A stretch of DNA of 64,000 bases from Eledone cirrhosa. Its lineage: Eukaryota. A model generated the notes under the pieces. The model worked only from the letters and a program-made list of their open reading frames with translations, ran no database searches and had not been told where the DNA came from. Made by a program: the position numbers and the translations under genes. This document shows positions 1-12,904 of this stretch, in pieces (within the stretch, counting starts at the first letter, position 1; the number at the start of each line of letters is the position of its first letter). The stretch is taken from contig OZ024743.1 of NCBI GenBank assembly GCA_964016885.1, forward strand, positions 35,216,001 to 35,280,000, read 5' to 3'.

Positions 1-43
1 GCACTGCCTTGATGAGTTTTATGAAATAATTTTTTTAAAATCA

Positions 44-227
44 TAATAATAATAATTGTTTCTACTTTAGGCACAAGGCCAGCAATTACCCAGTACATTA
101 CTGGTACTTTATTTTATCAATCCCGTAAGGATGAAAGGCAAAGTTAACCTCAGCGGGATTTGAACTCAGAACGTGAAGGGCCATAACTATGCTGCAAAGC
201 ATGGTGTCTGATGCCCTACCGATACTG
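44..227 (-). mobile_element. SINE-A copy
   Basis: Reverse complement of 21605-21791; (TTA)n tail. Confidence 0.85.
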
Positions 228-228
228 A

Positions 229-712
229 ATAATAATGAAATTATTGTGTACAGTGCTCAGGTGCACTACAACCTATTAAAGGTGCATGTATAGTACATAG
301 AATAATGTACAAATGTCAGAAAAATGAACAGTGTATGAGTCATGATATACACACAGATATATGCATGTGTGTGTATGGAGGTGGAATATCAGGTGTAGTT
401 TTGGCGAATTTCAGGAAGCATGGAGGTTTTAAAGGATGCAGGGTCCCGACAGCTAACAACCGATGCAGGTAGTTTGTTCCATATTTCAGTAACTCTAAGT
501 GTGAAAAAATGTTTCTGAAAGTCATTGGAGCTGTGCTGTTTTCTGACTTTGTAGGCATGCCCACGGGTGTTAGACACATGGAATTCAAAAAGGTGCTCAA
601 GATTGTTGTTGGCAAGATGGTTAATAATTTTGTGGGTATTTACCAAGTTAGTTGCCAGACGTCGGAGCTTCAATGTATCCATGCCCAGGGAAGCAAGGTG
701 TTCAGAGTATGG
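229..712 (-). mobile_element. CR1 3' fragment
   Basis: Encodes MDTLKLRRLA...TRGH...PEIRQNYT, followed by the 3'UTR and TTA tail. Confidence 0.88.
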
Positions 713-1925
713 TATGGAGTATAGTATTCGACCCCAGTTCTTTTTTATTCATGCCTGCTACTTATTTTATTAGTGTCCTTTTTGTTGAACTACTAAGTTA
801 CAAGACATAAACAAACAGTAAACATAAACACAGGCACTGACCTACACCTACATACACTAGCAAGTGAGGAGCCTCTATGAGGTTGCTTGGCAAACTGACC
901 TTCAAATCACACCCTACCATCTTAAAATGAATGTTGCGCAAAATGGGGAAGGACATTGAATAATGTAGTCTTGAATATCTCTAAAATATATACTGGAATC
1001 AAGGCTGACCTTGTGTCGAACAACAACAAACTTTACACTAGCCAACAAGCTTTATACTAGCTAACATCATGTGTACATCCTATACCACATAGCTAACTTT
1101 GCTTAGACATCTCTCAACCCTTCACTTAATTCTCACCTTCATACCACAAGCCTGCAACACCTGTATCTGAAGCAATATTTGATATCAATATATCTATATA
1201 CCTTCTCAGAATATTTAAGGAAATCCTCCATCAACACCAGAAACATTGAACAACTAATCATTTTATCAGAGATTATTCACAATTCTTATCCTCAATAGCA
1301 TCTATCCTTAATTCTGTTTAATCTTTCATATCCTGTGATATATAATATTTTTTACTGAAATTCTAGAATATTCTATTTTCGGTTCCTTGTAGAACTGCCA
1401 TTCTTTTTCATCTGTGGGTGAATTAGATCAAATTTTAATGTCTCCCCCACTCGATCTCAACAACTCACTTAATATATCTATCAGTATATTTGTCTCTCTC
1501 CTTCTCTACTCTGTGTATATGTAAATATGAATGTATGTATTATATACCCATGTATGTTTGTATGTATGTTCTTCTGGTTTTAGAATTTCACAAATGTTTG
1601 CCAATAGAGAGTCGGTTTCTAACATAGTTACAAGACTCTCTCATTGGAATTTACACAACATCAACTAGGTAGATTATGTATGCATGCCTGCATGCCTGCA
1701 TGTGTAGATATGGATGTTATTGTATGTGTCGATGTGGATGTTTTGAGTTGTATGTGTGCATGTGTATATGGTTTGTATCTGTACATGTGTATATGCAGTT
1801 ATTAGATGCAAACATTTTTGAATGTTTTACATATTTTTACTGTTCCATTAATGGATTGTACTTGTAATTTCCTAACTAGTTGTGTTATGTATGTATGTAT
1901 GTATGTATGTATGTATGTATGTATC

Positions 1926-1982
1926 CGGGAGAGATGACCCCTTAGCCTTTGTCTCGGGAGAGATGACCCCTTAGCCTTTGTC
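1926..1982. repeat. 29-bp tandem duplication CGGGAGAGATGACCCCTTAGCCTTTGTC(T) at the start of a probable RTE 5'UTR remnant (~1926-2365)
   Basis: The duplication is read directly; the RTE 5'UTR call rests only on recall of CTAGGAGAAGGAAAACTCTG. Confidence 0.5.
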
Positions 1983-2378
1983 AAGGCAGAATTCTAGGAG
2001 AAGGAAAACTCTGATATAACACCTGCAACTCTGATGGTATCCAATGATGTTGACTTGTTCTTCTTTTTGGTAAATTTCATCTTGGTTAAGAGAGTGGGAC
2101 TGGCTTTGTGCAGTGCTTTTGCTCACTATAAAAGCTTCACGGCACAGGCATTGCTTTATATCTGGAGATCTCTCTGCACTTGTCGTCACATGGTACCATG
2201 GGCCCAGCACTATGTGTCAATAATTGTCACAAGTGTAGTGTTTGTACCAGAGTTTTCAAGTCGCTGGCTGGACTAAGAAGTCACACTCGTTCAGCGCATC
2301 GGTGGGGGTTCTCCTACATGGATATAAAGTAGTGGCCGTACTCGAAAACGAGTTGGCAGCCACCATGTATGTATGTGT

Positions 2379-3010
2379 CATCACCGTTTAATGTCTATTT
2401 TTCCACATTACCATGGGTTAGACATGTTGTCTCATTGTGAGACAATCCAGATTACTATTTTTTGCTCATACAGAACTGATTTGGGCTTGGTTTCTATGGC
2501 TGGATGCTCTTCCTAATGCCAACCACATTTACAGTGTGTATTGAGTGCGTTTTGTTGTGACATCTACATAACCACTTTACAGTGTGGGCTGGGCACGTTT
2601 TGTCATGACATCTACATAACCACTTTACAGTGTGAACTGGGCACTTTTTGTTGTTTCACCAACACGACCACTTTACTATGTGGGCTGGGTGCTTTTTGTC
2701 ATGGCACCAAAACGACCATTTTACTGTGTGGGTTGGGGACTTTGGTAGGGGAGGTGCATGGGGATTGGGGAGGGATCTAGGATGTGGGTGAGGGTAGGGT
2801 GTTAGGATGTGGGAGGTGGAGGGGAAGGTGGTGTATACTAGATGTATGCTTCAACCCATGCATATGGGAAGGTGGATCTTCTGTATTATTGCATAATGCC
2901 AGAGATCTCAGTCCTGTATCATCGCCTTTGAGAGGTGCAATTGTGCAAGGTTAGCTCTTATCACCACATCCCATGTTTTCCTAGGTTTTGCTATTCCATA
3001 GCTTCCATGA
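2379..3010 (-). mobile_element. RTE 3' fragment with 48-bp tandem repeat in its 3'UTR
   Basis: Matches 8495-8920; repeat units start at 2571, 2619, 2667 and 2715. Confidence 0.75.
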
Positions 3011-3028
3011 ACTGTATATATATATATA

Positions 3029-3393
3029 CCGTATTTCCCGGTGGTGCCGAAGACGCTTCATCCTCGAGGACGCACCCTAATTTTGACAACCAAAAATTTG
3101 GAAAAAAATAATTGTTTCTATGTTAGGCACAAGGCCAGCAATTACCCAGTGCATTACTGGTACTTTATTTTATCGACCCCGTAAGGATGAAAGGCAAAGT
3201 TAACCTCGGCGGGATTTGAACTCAGAATGGCAAGGGCCGTAACTCTATACGTCAAAGCATGGCGTCCGACCCTCTCCCAATACTGCCAATCCAATTTGAA
3301 AAAAATAATAAACTGCCTTCGGCCTCCAGGATGCATGGTAGTTTTTTGAGACTTATTTTAGGAAAATAGCGTTTTCAACGCCAGGAAATAAGG
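3029..3393. mobile_element. Tc1/mariner-superfamily (pogo/Tc2-like) MITE with nested SINE-A (~3110-3292)
   Basis: TA|CCGTATTTCCCGG...CCAGGAAATAAGG|TA (TIR 11/13, TA target). Confidence 0.7.
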
Positions 3394-3489
3394 TATATAT
3401 ATGATGATGATGATGATAATAATAATTGTTTCTACTTTTTGGCACAAGGCCAGCAATTACCCAGTACATTACTGGTACTTGATGATGAT

Positions 3490-3778
3490 AATAATAATGA
3501 TAATAATAATGAAATTATTGTGTACAGTGCTCAGGTGCATTACAACTCATCAAAGGTGCATGTATTGTTCCATGCTTCAGCAACTCTGAGCGTGAAAAAA
3601 ATGTTTCCGAGAATCACGGGAACTGTGCTGTTTTCTGACTTTGTTGGCATGTCCACGTGTGTTAGACACATGGAAATCAAAAAGGTACTCAGGGTTGTTG
3701 TTGGCAAGATGGTTAATAATTTTGTAGGTGTTTACCAATCAGTTGCCAGACATCGGAGCTTCAATGTATCCTTGCCCT
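3490..3778 (-). mobile_element. CR1 3' fragment with internal deletion
   Basis: The 3'UTR is joined directly to the ...EAWNK coding part. Confidence 0.8.
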
Positions 3779-4065
3779 GATGATGATGATGTTGTTAGAA
3801 TGTGTGTTTAAAATACCAAAATATTTAAAACATTTAAATATTAACTGAATGAACACTGAATATTTGTGGGTGGAGTGAACATTTTATTTTCAAAGTAGAA
3901 AAATGGCTGTGACTTCGAAGCTTCAGCTAGACCACTTCATCTGGCTGCCTCATGTGATGGGATTGGACTTGTTAAATAGATTTATGTAGGTCTAGGGAGT
4001 TGTGGGAAGGTATGAAAATCTATTTATTTGTCATGGGGTGCCAAATGTGTGTATGTGTGTATAAA

Positions 4066-4263
4066 ATAATAATAATTGTTTCTACTTTTGGCACAAGGCC
4101 AGCAATTATCCCAGTGTATTACTGGTACTTTATTTTATCGACCCCCATAAGGATGAAAGGCAAAGTGAACCTCAACGCGATTTGAACTCAGTCCGTAAAG
4201 GGACGTAACTGTGCTGAAAAGCATGGCGTCCGACCCTCTACCGATACTGCCAATCCACCGCCC
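4066..4263 (-). mobile_element. SINE-A copy
   Basis: Full-length match; flanked by a TATAAAATAATAATAAT-like duplication. Confidence 0.85.
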
Positions 4264-4270
4264 TATATAA

Positions 4271-4489
4271 AATAATAATAATAATGAAAATTATGGTGTA
4301 CAGTGCTCAGGTTCACTACAACTCATCAAAGGTGCATGTATAGTACATAGAATAATGTACAAATGTCAGGAAAGTGAACAGTGTATGAGTCGCGATATAT
4401 ACACAGATACATGCGTGCATATGTATGGAGGGGGAATATCAGGTGTAGTGTTGGCGAATTGCGGGAAGCATGGAAGTTTTGAAGGATGT
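4271..4489 (-). mobile_element. CR1 3' fragment
   Basis: 3'UTR and last codons match the family. Confidence 0.82.
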
Positions 4490-6113
4490 GTATATTGTGT
4501 ATGTGTTTGTGTAAGTGTGTTTGATTGTCAATTAGTATTTCTTGTCTTAAATGTTTGTGATGGTATACGGGTCTATATGGGTAACTTTAGATTATGGGGT
4601 ACGAGTGTTTAGAGTTGTGGTGGGGGAATATATATATAAAAATATATCACTTTGCTTTCTCAGCATGGCACTGCCCACTGGTAGAAATAATTAAAAGAGT
4701 AATAATAGATGTGTGTGTGAACAAAGGGAAGGGGTAAAAATGCTTGAGGGGTGCTCTACATGAAGTATATACATGCAAATAGAGTTCCTCAGTATGAATA
4801 TTGCAAGTAGGAATAAACTTCAATCTACTGAGACTATCCTCGCAATTTCAGTACTGAAATATCCTTTATTTATGTACACAGCAGCTGGTTATTTTTATTA
4901 GGCAAAACGTAAGGAAGAGTAAATGAGTTCAACAAGAGGTGTAGTTATGCTTTAGTGTGCATCAATGAAATAAAATGGTTTCAGGCATTATGGACTAAGC
5001 TTCCTGAAAATTTATCTCTGGTGTCTCAGTGATTACCAATTTTTGATCTAGTAGAATGATAAGCTTATGTGAGGGAGAGAGAGGTAAAGTAATTTGTATC
5101 AACTTAAGTACATATTTTAAAAACTCTCAGAGAGGCCACCTGCATAGAAATCAATAGTTAAGTTAGTGTTAATTCAGTTAATATAGATAACATTAACAAG
5201 CTAACTATAAATGATTATCTATTGAGGAAGAACACCAACAATGTTAGTCACTGATTAATGATATTTCTTTTCTTTATTTTTCACCTGGCACAGGTGAAGG
5301 CGTGTGGCTGAGTGGTTAGAGAATTGGATTTTGATTCCCAAACTGGGCGATATGTTATTCCCTTGAGCAAGACACTTTATTTCACGTTGTTCCTTCTGCC
5401 TGGATTTGCAGCTGACAGATAGTATTAGCAATTGGAAAAACTAACGGAAACATTGTTCCCTCGGTCCGATTTTGACAAGCTCTACCCCACCAATTAAGCA
5501 AATGAGGTTTGGGATCTTGTGGATAGACTGTCGACAGGTGACAAATTCAAATGTATTTTGGTCTTATTCTGAACACTATGTATCACTGATGAGGTTAGAA
5601 TAAAGCTAAAACATATCTAGAGAAATTGAAAGCTAATGAAAAACATAAATTTCATAGCTACTGCTGATAATATTGCAAATGATATAACTTGTGGTTCTTA
5701 CTTTCAGATCACTGCTCAAACTGCTAGAAATAGCTACCAAATTTCCCTAAAATCATACTCTACGATCTTATAAAAGAGAAAGGCACATGAGATAATATAA
5801 TCTAATAAACTCCTAAAATAAATCAGATTATCCTGACAAGAATGTCTTTAATCATAGGTCTGTTCAATAAAGGTTCATCTCTAGAGAATGTTATATTTAG
5901 TTCTGTATTTTGTTTTACCTGTATGTTTATACTGTAACATTATTACACCTATTTCTTTTTATATTTTTAGAATTCTAGCATTTGTGATACAGGAGTGAAA
6001 ACAAAATAGACAATGTTCTTATCTATGATAGAATTTACAAAAATATTCATCTTATAATAACAACAGCAATAATAATAAAAGGCCTGTTGTTAAATATTTT
6101 TCTTTAGACTGTA

Positions 6114-6476
6114 TCATCATCATCATCATCATCATTTTACATCCGCTTTTCCCTGCTTGCAAGGGTGTGACGGGAACTGATTCTGACTTGATTTCTACAG
6201 CTGGATGCCCTTCCTAACACCAACCTCATTTACAGTGAGTGCTGGGTGCTTTTTTTCCATGGCGCCTACATGTCCACTTTACAGTGTGGGCTGGGAGCTT
6301 TTTTTTTTGCCGTGGCACCTTCACGACCACTTTGCAGTGGAATGATAGGGAACCCGGTCCCTATCATCTCATTTCTACAGCTGAGTAAACTGGAGCAATG
6401 TGAAATAAAGTGTCTTGCTCAAGGAAACAACACATCACCCGGTCTGAGAATTGAACCGGGTGATGTGTTGTTTCCT
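6114..6476 (-). mobile_element. SINE-B, 5'-truncated, with fold-back
   Basis: Reverse complement of 40925-41213 plus a 22-bp inverted duplication. Confidence 0.82.
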
Positions 6477-7054
6477 GGATAAATGATGTTGAGGTCACAC
6501 AGTTTAGAGAAATAATACTACTGGGAAAATGGAACATGTAAAATTATCTAAAATGTCCTCAACTAGATCAGATGAGGATTGGACTTGCTTTGTATCCAGA
6601 TGAAAAGATTACTTTTCATCAACTAAGGTCATTGGCTCCAACAAAAGTATCCAATTATTGGAGTTTTGTAATGATTGACTATGTAAAGACATAGCCCATA
6701 TTACTGGTGGCTCCCTAACAAATTATAACTGTTTGACACTATCCATCAATCAGATGTGGTGGGTGCTGGTTAACTTCATTGTAAGAACATATATAACACG
6801 GGTAAGTGAATCAACTACAATGTATTGTGTAATTGAAACCAGAACAGCATATTTGCTCACCACTCATGCATATATATGAAGCACTGGTCCCGTAACTCCT
6901 GATAGAGTCATAGGGGCACTGTATTGACATACGGCGTTTCTTGGGCATTTTCTGCCTGGCGGAGCCATCCCTCTCCAGGCCTGAGTACAGCAGATTTCTT
7001 CCAGAGAAAGATAGAGAATGAGAGAGAAGAAATGATAAAGAGATATAGAGAAAG

Positions 7055-7215
7055 AATTGACCCCAGTACTAGACTAGTACTTTTTTTATCGACCTTGAAA
7101 GGATGAAAGGAAAAGTTGACCTCGGCGGGATTTGAACTCAGAGAGCAGAGAGCTGGAATGAATACCTTAAAGCATTCTATCTGACATTCTAATGACTCTG
7201 CCAATTCGCCACCTA
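7055..7215 (-). mobile_element. SINE-A-related older copy
   Basis: B-box and central block present. Confidence 0.7.
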
Positions 7216-8494
7216 TATGAAGCACTACACATAACAAAACAAACCCTTACACCATGTCAAACCATATTTCACGGTATCTTGCTACTTCCCACTACTGTAT
7301 ACAAAGCTGGATTACGTTCTTTTGAGGCCCTAAGCAAAAAAAAAAAAATGATAAAAAGTTTGGGAATGACAAATACATTTAATTTGAATAAACTGGTGCC
7401 CTACTTCCCTTGATGTCCTGAGCATGTGCTTATTTTGCTTAATGGTTAATGGCAAGAAATGTTGCTACCACATCACATAACTTGTACTTATATCAGCATT
7501 CACCCAGGTTGGGTTACACTGGCTCCAACCAGTACATCCACATCATCCAGAACAGAGTCCACTCAAGCATGGAGATCTCAGACATCCGGCACAGATATTG
7601 TCAGCCAATCACAATTTCCATAACAGATAACATATATACAAAGATCAGAATTTAGCTCGAGAATGATCATGCTAATCCATATTTCAAACTGTCAGCCTCA
7701 GCAATAAGAGTTTTGGTATGACTGCATCACAGATGAGTTTGCCTTGGTGGAGTGCATGGCCAAACAAAATTTTTTAGTAGGAATTATTGGAGGGAATCTA
7801 GCAGAGAAGACAAATTTTTGAGTTTGGCATAAAATCCAATGTGCAAACATGGAGGATTTGGCAAAGGAAAAAGTGGTCAAAAACTTTCACCTAGCATACA
7901 TTCATCACTCCCATTGGCTACGTCTTACAGTCATATAGATGGATGGTGCAAACTAGTGCTTGATAGATAGTTGTAGATGAAGACTGCCTGTGAAAACCTT
8001 ATATCCATTGAAACCCAATCATGTATCCCTATTGTATAGGTATAATATTCGTCTAGGAATATCTGTACCTCAACAGAGAATTGAAAGTTAGACAACATAT
8101 TCAGTTCAACCAGAACATACTGCTAACTCTATAATGCTCACACCACTCATATTCATATATTTAGTAATTTACATCTAGAAAACATCTAAGACCCAACAGA
8201 AAATTGAAACATGGACCAACCATTTAGTTCTCCAGGAACATACCACCAACTCTATAATGCTTACTACCAAGACTGGATTTATATATGAGCTAAGTGGGAA
8301 GTAGATCAGGAATATGATGCCCAGGACCAGACCTGGGGACCTTGTCCTGCTTTAAATACATATCAAAATATAAATTCAAATATAGTTATGAAACATGATG
8401 TACATTTCTTTTTCTTCAGGTGTCACCTTTGCTTTATTGGTCTGCATGGATCAATGCTAGATTTTCAGCATTGTTTTATGTGTAGACCTACATT

Positions 8495-11400
8495 CATCAT
8501 CATCATCATCACCGTTTTACGTCCGTTCTTCCACGCTAGCATGGGTTAGACGGGTTGTCCTGTTGTGGGCAGTGTCCAGTCGGCTGACCTTGTCTTGCTC
8601 ATACGGCAACTGATTCTGGCTTGATTTCTACAGCTGGATGCCCTTCCTAACACCAACCTCACTTACAGTGAGTGCTGGGTGCTTTTTTGCCGTGGCACCT
8701 CCACGACCACTTTGCAGTGGGAGGGGATGGGAGCATATTGTCTATATGCTTCAGCTTCGGCTTGTACCCGTGGGAAGTCAGGTCTTCTGTATTACTGTGT
8801 GACGCCAGAAGTCACGGCCGTGTGTCATCGCCCTTGAGAGGTGCAATTGGGCAAGGTCAGCTTTTATCACCTCATCCCAGGTCTTCTTGGGTCTCCCCAC
8901 TCCGCAGCTTCCATCGACTTCTAGTGCTCATCCTTCATATGCATCACATGTCCATACCAACGCAACCTCCTCTCCTGCACACAGCATTTGATTCCTCTTA
9001 TAATAATGAAATTATTGTGTAAAGTGCTCAGGTGCACTACAACTCGTCAATATAGTACATAGAATAATACACAAATGTCAGGGAAGTACATGTGTGTATG
9101 TGTTAGCTGTAGTGTTGGCGGATCTCGGGAAGCATGGAGGCCTTAAAGGATGCAGTGTCTCGACAGCTAACAACTGATGCAGGTAGTTTGTTCCATGCTT
9201 CAGCAACTCTGAGCGTGAAAAAATGTTTCCGAAAGTCATGGGAACTGTGCTGTTTTCTTACTTTGTGGGCATGTCCACGTGTGTTAGACACATGGAAATC
9301 AAAGAGGTACTCAGGGTTGTTGTTGGCAACATGGTTAACAATTTTGTGGGTGTTTACCAAGTCAGTTGCCAGGCGTCGGAGCTTCAATGAATCCATGCCC
9401 AGGGAAGCAAGGCGCTCAGAGTATGGTAGATGCCTGATGGAGGGTATTCGCTTGGTTGCACGTCTCTGAACAGTTTCCAGGCGGTCAATGTCCTGAGCAA
9501 GATAGGGGTTCCAGACTGGTGATGAAAATTCTAAGTGTGGTCGCACCATAGCTGTATACAGCCTTAAATAGATATCTGAAGAGCGGCTGACAAAGGTCTT
9601 GCTGAGTGATGCTAAGACACCCTCGGCCCTCTTGACAATTTTAGAGACGTGCCTCGTCCAACGCAAATCGCTGCTGACCGTAATGCCCAGGTCACGTTCA
9701 CAGGAAGACTTCTTGATATTAGTGCTGTGGAGGGAGTATGTGGATGCTGGGTTTTTACTCCCAAAATGCATGGTGGTGCACTTGTCCACAGCTAGCTTGA
9801 GTTGCCAGTCTGAGATCCATTGTTGCATTGTGTCCAGGTCAGACTGCAAGCAAGATCTATAGTGTTCAAGATCTGTCCTTTTTATCTCAAGGTAAAGCTT
9901 GATGTCGTCTGCGTACTTTAGTACTGTGGCATTCCTTAAGTTGGCATCTATGTCATTAATATATGCCACAAACAAAAGGGGGCCAAGAACAGATCCCTGT
10001 GGTACACCAGATGACATCTCATATGGTGAGGAATGCTGTCCCAGAACGGTGACTACCTCTCTTCAACTGAGAATGAAGGACTTCAACCAGTTAAAAAGAT
10101 CATCCTTCACACCTATTGCAGAGAGTTTTGCCATAAGCCTTTTGTGTTGTACAGAATTGAAAGCCTTCGCAAAGTCAAGGCAAACAACATCCACCCATGA
10201 GCCGCCATCAGTGATCCGAGTGATGTCCTCAAGAAACTCTATAAGTTGATCACAGCAGCTGGAGTTGGGGATAAATCCAAATTGCAAGGGCCGGATAAGA
10301 CTGTGAGAGCTCCAGAAGTTCCAAAGTGTTTCTCTGACACAGGATTCCATCAGTTTGGCGATGCAACTAGTAAGACTGACTGGACGATAGTTCACAGGTG
10401 ATGTGCGGTCACCCTTTTTAAAGAGAGGAATGACACTGGCAGTTTTCCACTGTTATGGAGTAGCACTGTTGTTCAAACAGAATTGGAAGAAGCGTGATAA
10501 CTGGTGTAGAAGGAAGTACCCACCACATTTAAGAAGCAGGTACGTAACACCATCAAGACCAGGAGAGGCATGGTTGCGTTTATTTTTTAGGTGACGTCGC
10601 AGCATTGCAGGTGTAAATTCCATGGTTGTAATAGAGTCCGGTGTCATAGGTGGTGGAGATGGTACACTCTGGTCTTCAATAGTGAAAATGCCTGCATAGC
10701 ATTCAGCAATGAGCTCTGCGCATTCCTTGGGGTCGTCAGTAACCTGGCTTGTGTGGGGATTGCGAAGAGGACCAACTGGAGAGTGAGGCCTCTGCTTTGA
10801 GTGAACATACTTCCATAACACCTTACTGTCAGGGCTGGTTGCTATGCGCTGCTCAAATTGAAGCACTGCCTTTTTTGTCACCTGTTTGAGGTGGCTGGAC
10901 GATCTATTTTGCCTCTTCCTATTAATGTCTGGTTTGTGAAGTTTGTACTCACGTTCAGCATTGCGCCGTTCTTTTCTGGCAAGACGGACTGCTGCAGTCT
11001 CCCAAATTGCGCTTTTGGGATGTTTTTTCCGCTTACGTCGCACCGATGCTGCACATGCTGTCCATATTGAGCTCAGGATGTTCTGGAGTACAGTGTTGAC
11101 ATCTCCAGAGTCGTAGAACTCAAGCCAGTTTGGCCGTTGCAACTCGGTGCAGTAACAGTTCCAGTCTGCTTTATTCCAGTCAAAGTGAGCAGTTTGGAGA
11201 TGGTTGTGGTTCTTGTTACTGCCCATGAGGGATAGATTGGCAATGATCATAGCATGATCAGAGTCACCTAAAGGTTCCTCAGCAGTAACACTAATGTCCG
11301 TTTCAGGAGTAGTGGTGAAGAGTAGGTCCAAAGTGTTGTCACCTCTCGTTGGGGAGGTGACCACCTGGGATCAACTCGAGTCCAGCACCAGCTCAAGGAA

Positions 11401-12790
11401 GTCATTTGCACTTGGCGGCCAACGAAAGGTCTCCCAGTCAATCTCAGGGTGATTGAAGTCCCCTGCAATGAAAACATAAGTGGCTGTCTTCCTGGCAGCA
11501 GCTCTGAGGAGATCACAAAGTTGAGTGTCCTGATGGTAATTTGGGGGACGGTAAACGACTCCAAGTAGCAGTGTTGACATGGTCATACGTATATCGCAGA
11601 AAAAAACTTCCTGCTGTGATTGGTTCAAATCAACACAAGGAATTGCCGACAGATTTGACCGAACGTAGACCATTACACCACCACCACCACGATTAATGCG
11701 GTCTTTACGAAACAGGTTGTAGCTCAGTCTCTCTCTCAATTTGTTTATGCTTTGCCATTCGCATATATTACTATTACACATCTATTGGAGCATGCAAGCT
11801 TCTTTTCTTTCTAATCTATGCAAGTCTTCTACAGACAGTGCCCAGGTCTCACTACCATATAACATTGCTGTTCGTATACATGCATCATACAGTCTGCCTT
11901 TCATTTTGAGGGAGAAGCCTTTTGCAGTTGGCAGTGGTAGTAGTTCCCTGAACTTCTTCCATCCTGTTCTTAGCCTAGTTATTGTACTTTCTGAACACCC
12001 ACCTCCGCTGCTAATTCGGTCACCTAGGTAGCAGAAGCTGTCTACTGTCTCTACAGAGCCCTCCCAGAGATTGGTGGTACTTGTTTCCTGTGGCTGTTTG
12101 CTGCTTGCTGTCCTAGCACGGCTGCTACATATGAGACCTACATTCTTAGTTAAGCTTCCTGAGATCACACTACATCTCTTGTGTACCCATTGTTTGCATT
12201 TGGGGTAGAGGATGGAGTTCCTACCTACACCTTTCCTACATACTGAGCAAGGCCATTTCCCTGAGGGTATCTGGGTTCTGTTTTCTTGTCTACTTACAAG
12301 GACCTTAGTCTTTGTCAGGTTGACTTTGAGACTCTTTCTTTCTTGTACCTGCTTCCATGTTTGGAATTTCTTCTCTAGTTCCACCATAGATTCAGCTATA
12401 AGTCGAGATCATCTGCATATAGGAGTTCCCATGGGCATCTGGTCTTAAACTCCTCCGTTATTGCTTACAAAACTATAATGAACAGGAGAGGGCTAAGAAC
12501 AGAGCCCTGGTGGACACCGACCTGTATGCTAAATTCCTCGCTATAGTCATTGTTAACCCTAACTTTGCTGACTGCTCCTCTATACATGGCTTGTACAGCT
12601 TTCACAAGCCATTCATCTACTCCTAATTTTCTAAGAGCCCACCAGATTATAGCATGAGGGACTCTGTCGAAGGCTCTTTCCAGATCGACAAATGCCAGGT
12701 ACTATACCGGTTTACTTTTAGCTAGGTACTTTTCCTGTAACTGCCTCACAAAGAAGAGGGCATCAGTGGTGCCTTTTCCTGGTACAACGC
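8495..12790 (-). mobile_element. RTE-clade LINE (RT with PHD-like insert), split by the CR1 at 9001-11720
   Basis: Motifs AFVDLERAFDRVP, GVHQGSVLSPLLF, ELLYADDL, VDSFCYLG, MLYGSETW, LRWYGHV, GRPKKTW; (GAT)n tail at 8495. Confidence 0.88.
9001..11720 (-). mobile_element. CR1/L2-group LINE, 5'-truncated, with frameshifts and stops; inserted into an RTE
   Basis: ORF pieces 11371-11720, 10453-11364, 10063-10395 and 9103-10017 match the 921-aa ORF. Confidence 0.92.
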
Positions 12791-12904
12791 TTAATTTTCT
12801 TTGAGTTTCTAGTGAGTAGAAACTGGAGATCTCAAAAGTTCTCTGACTCAGGACCCTTCATTGTTTTAATCTAACCTTAAAAACTATTCACATAAGTATA
12901 TTAA

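Noticed and set aside
2521-2745. Regularly spaced repeats resembling a CRISPR array
   Set aside because: The whole 48-bp unit repeats with no unique spacers, it lies in an RTE 3'UTR, the context is eukaryotic, and no cas genes are present.
5580-5620. CTGATGAG hammerhead-like start; similar motifs at 52901 and on the minus strand near 3910-3945
   Set aside because: GAAA core and/or stems are missing or too degenerate.
7400-7900. Moderately GC-rich unique stretch with short ORFs
   Set aside because: No motifs or convincing splice sites on either strand; probably an old TE remnant.
5971-8480. Acceptor-like sites at 5970 and 8419 as exons of an upstream gene
   Set aside because: Frames close quickly, with no clear donor and no homology.
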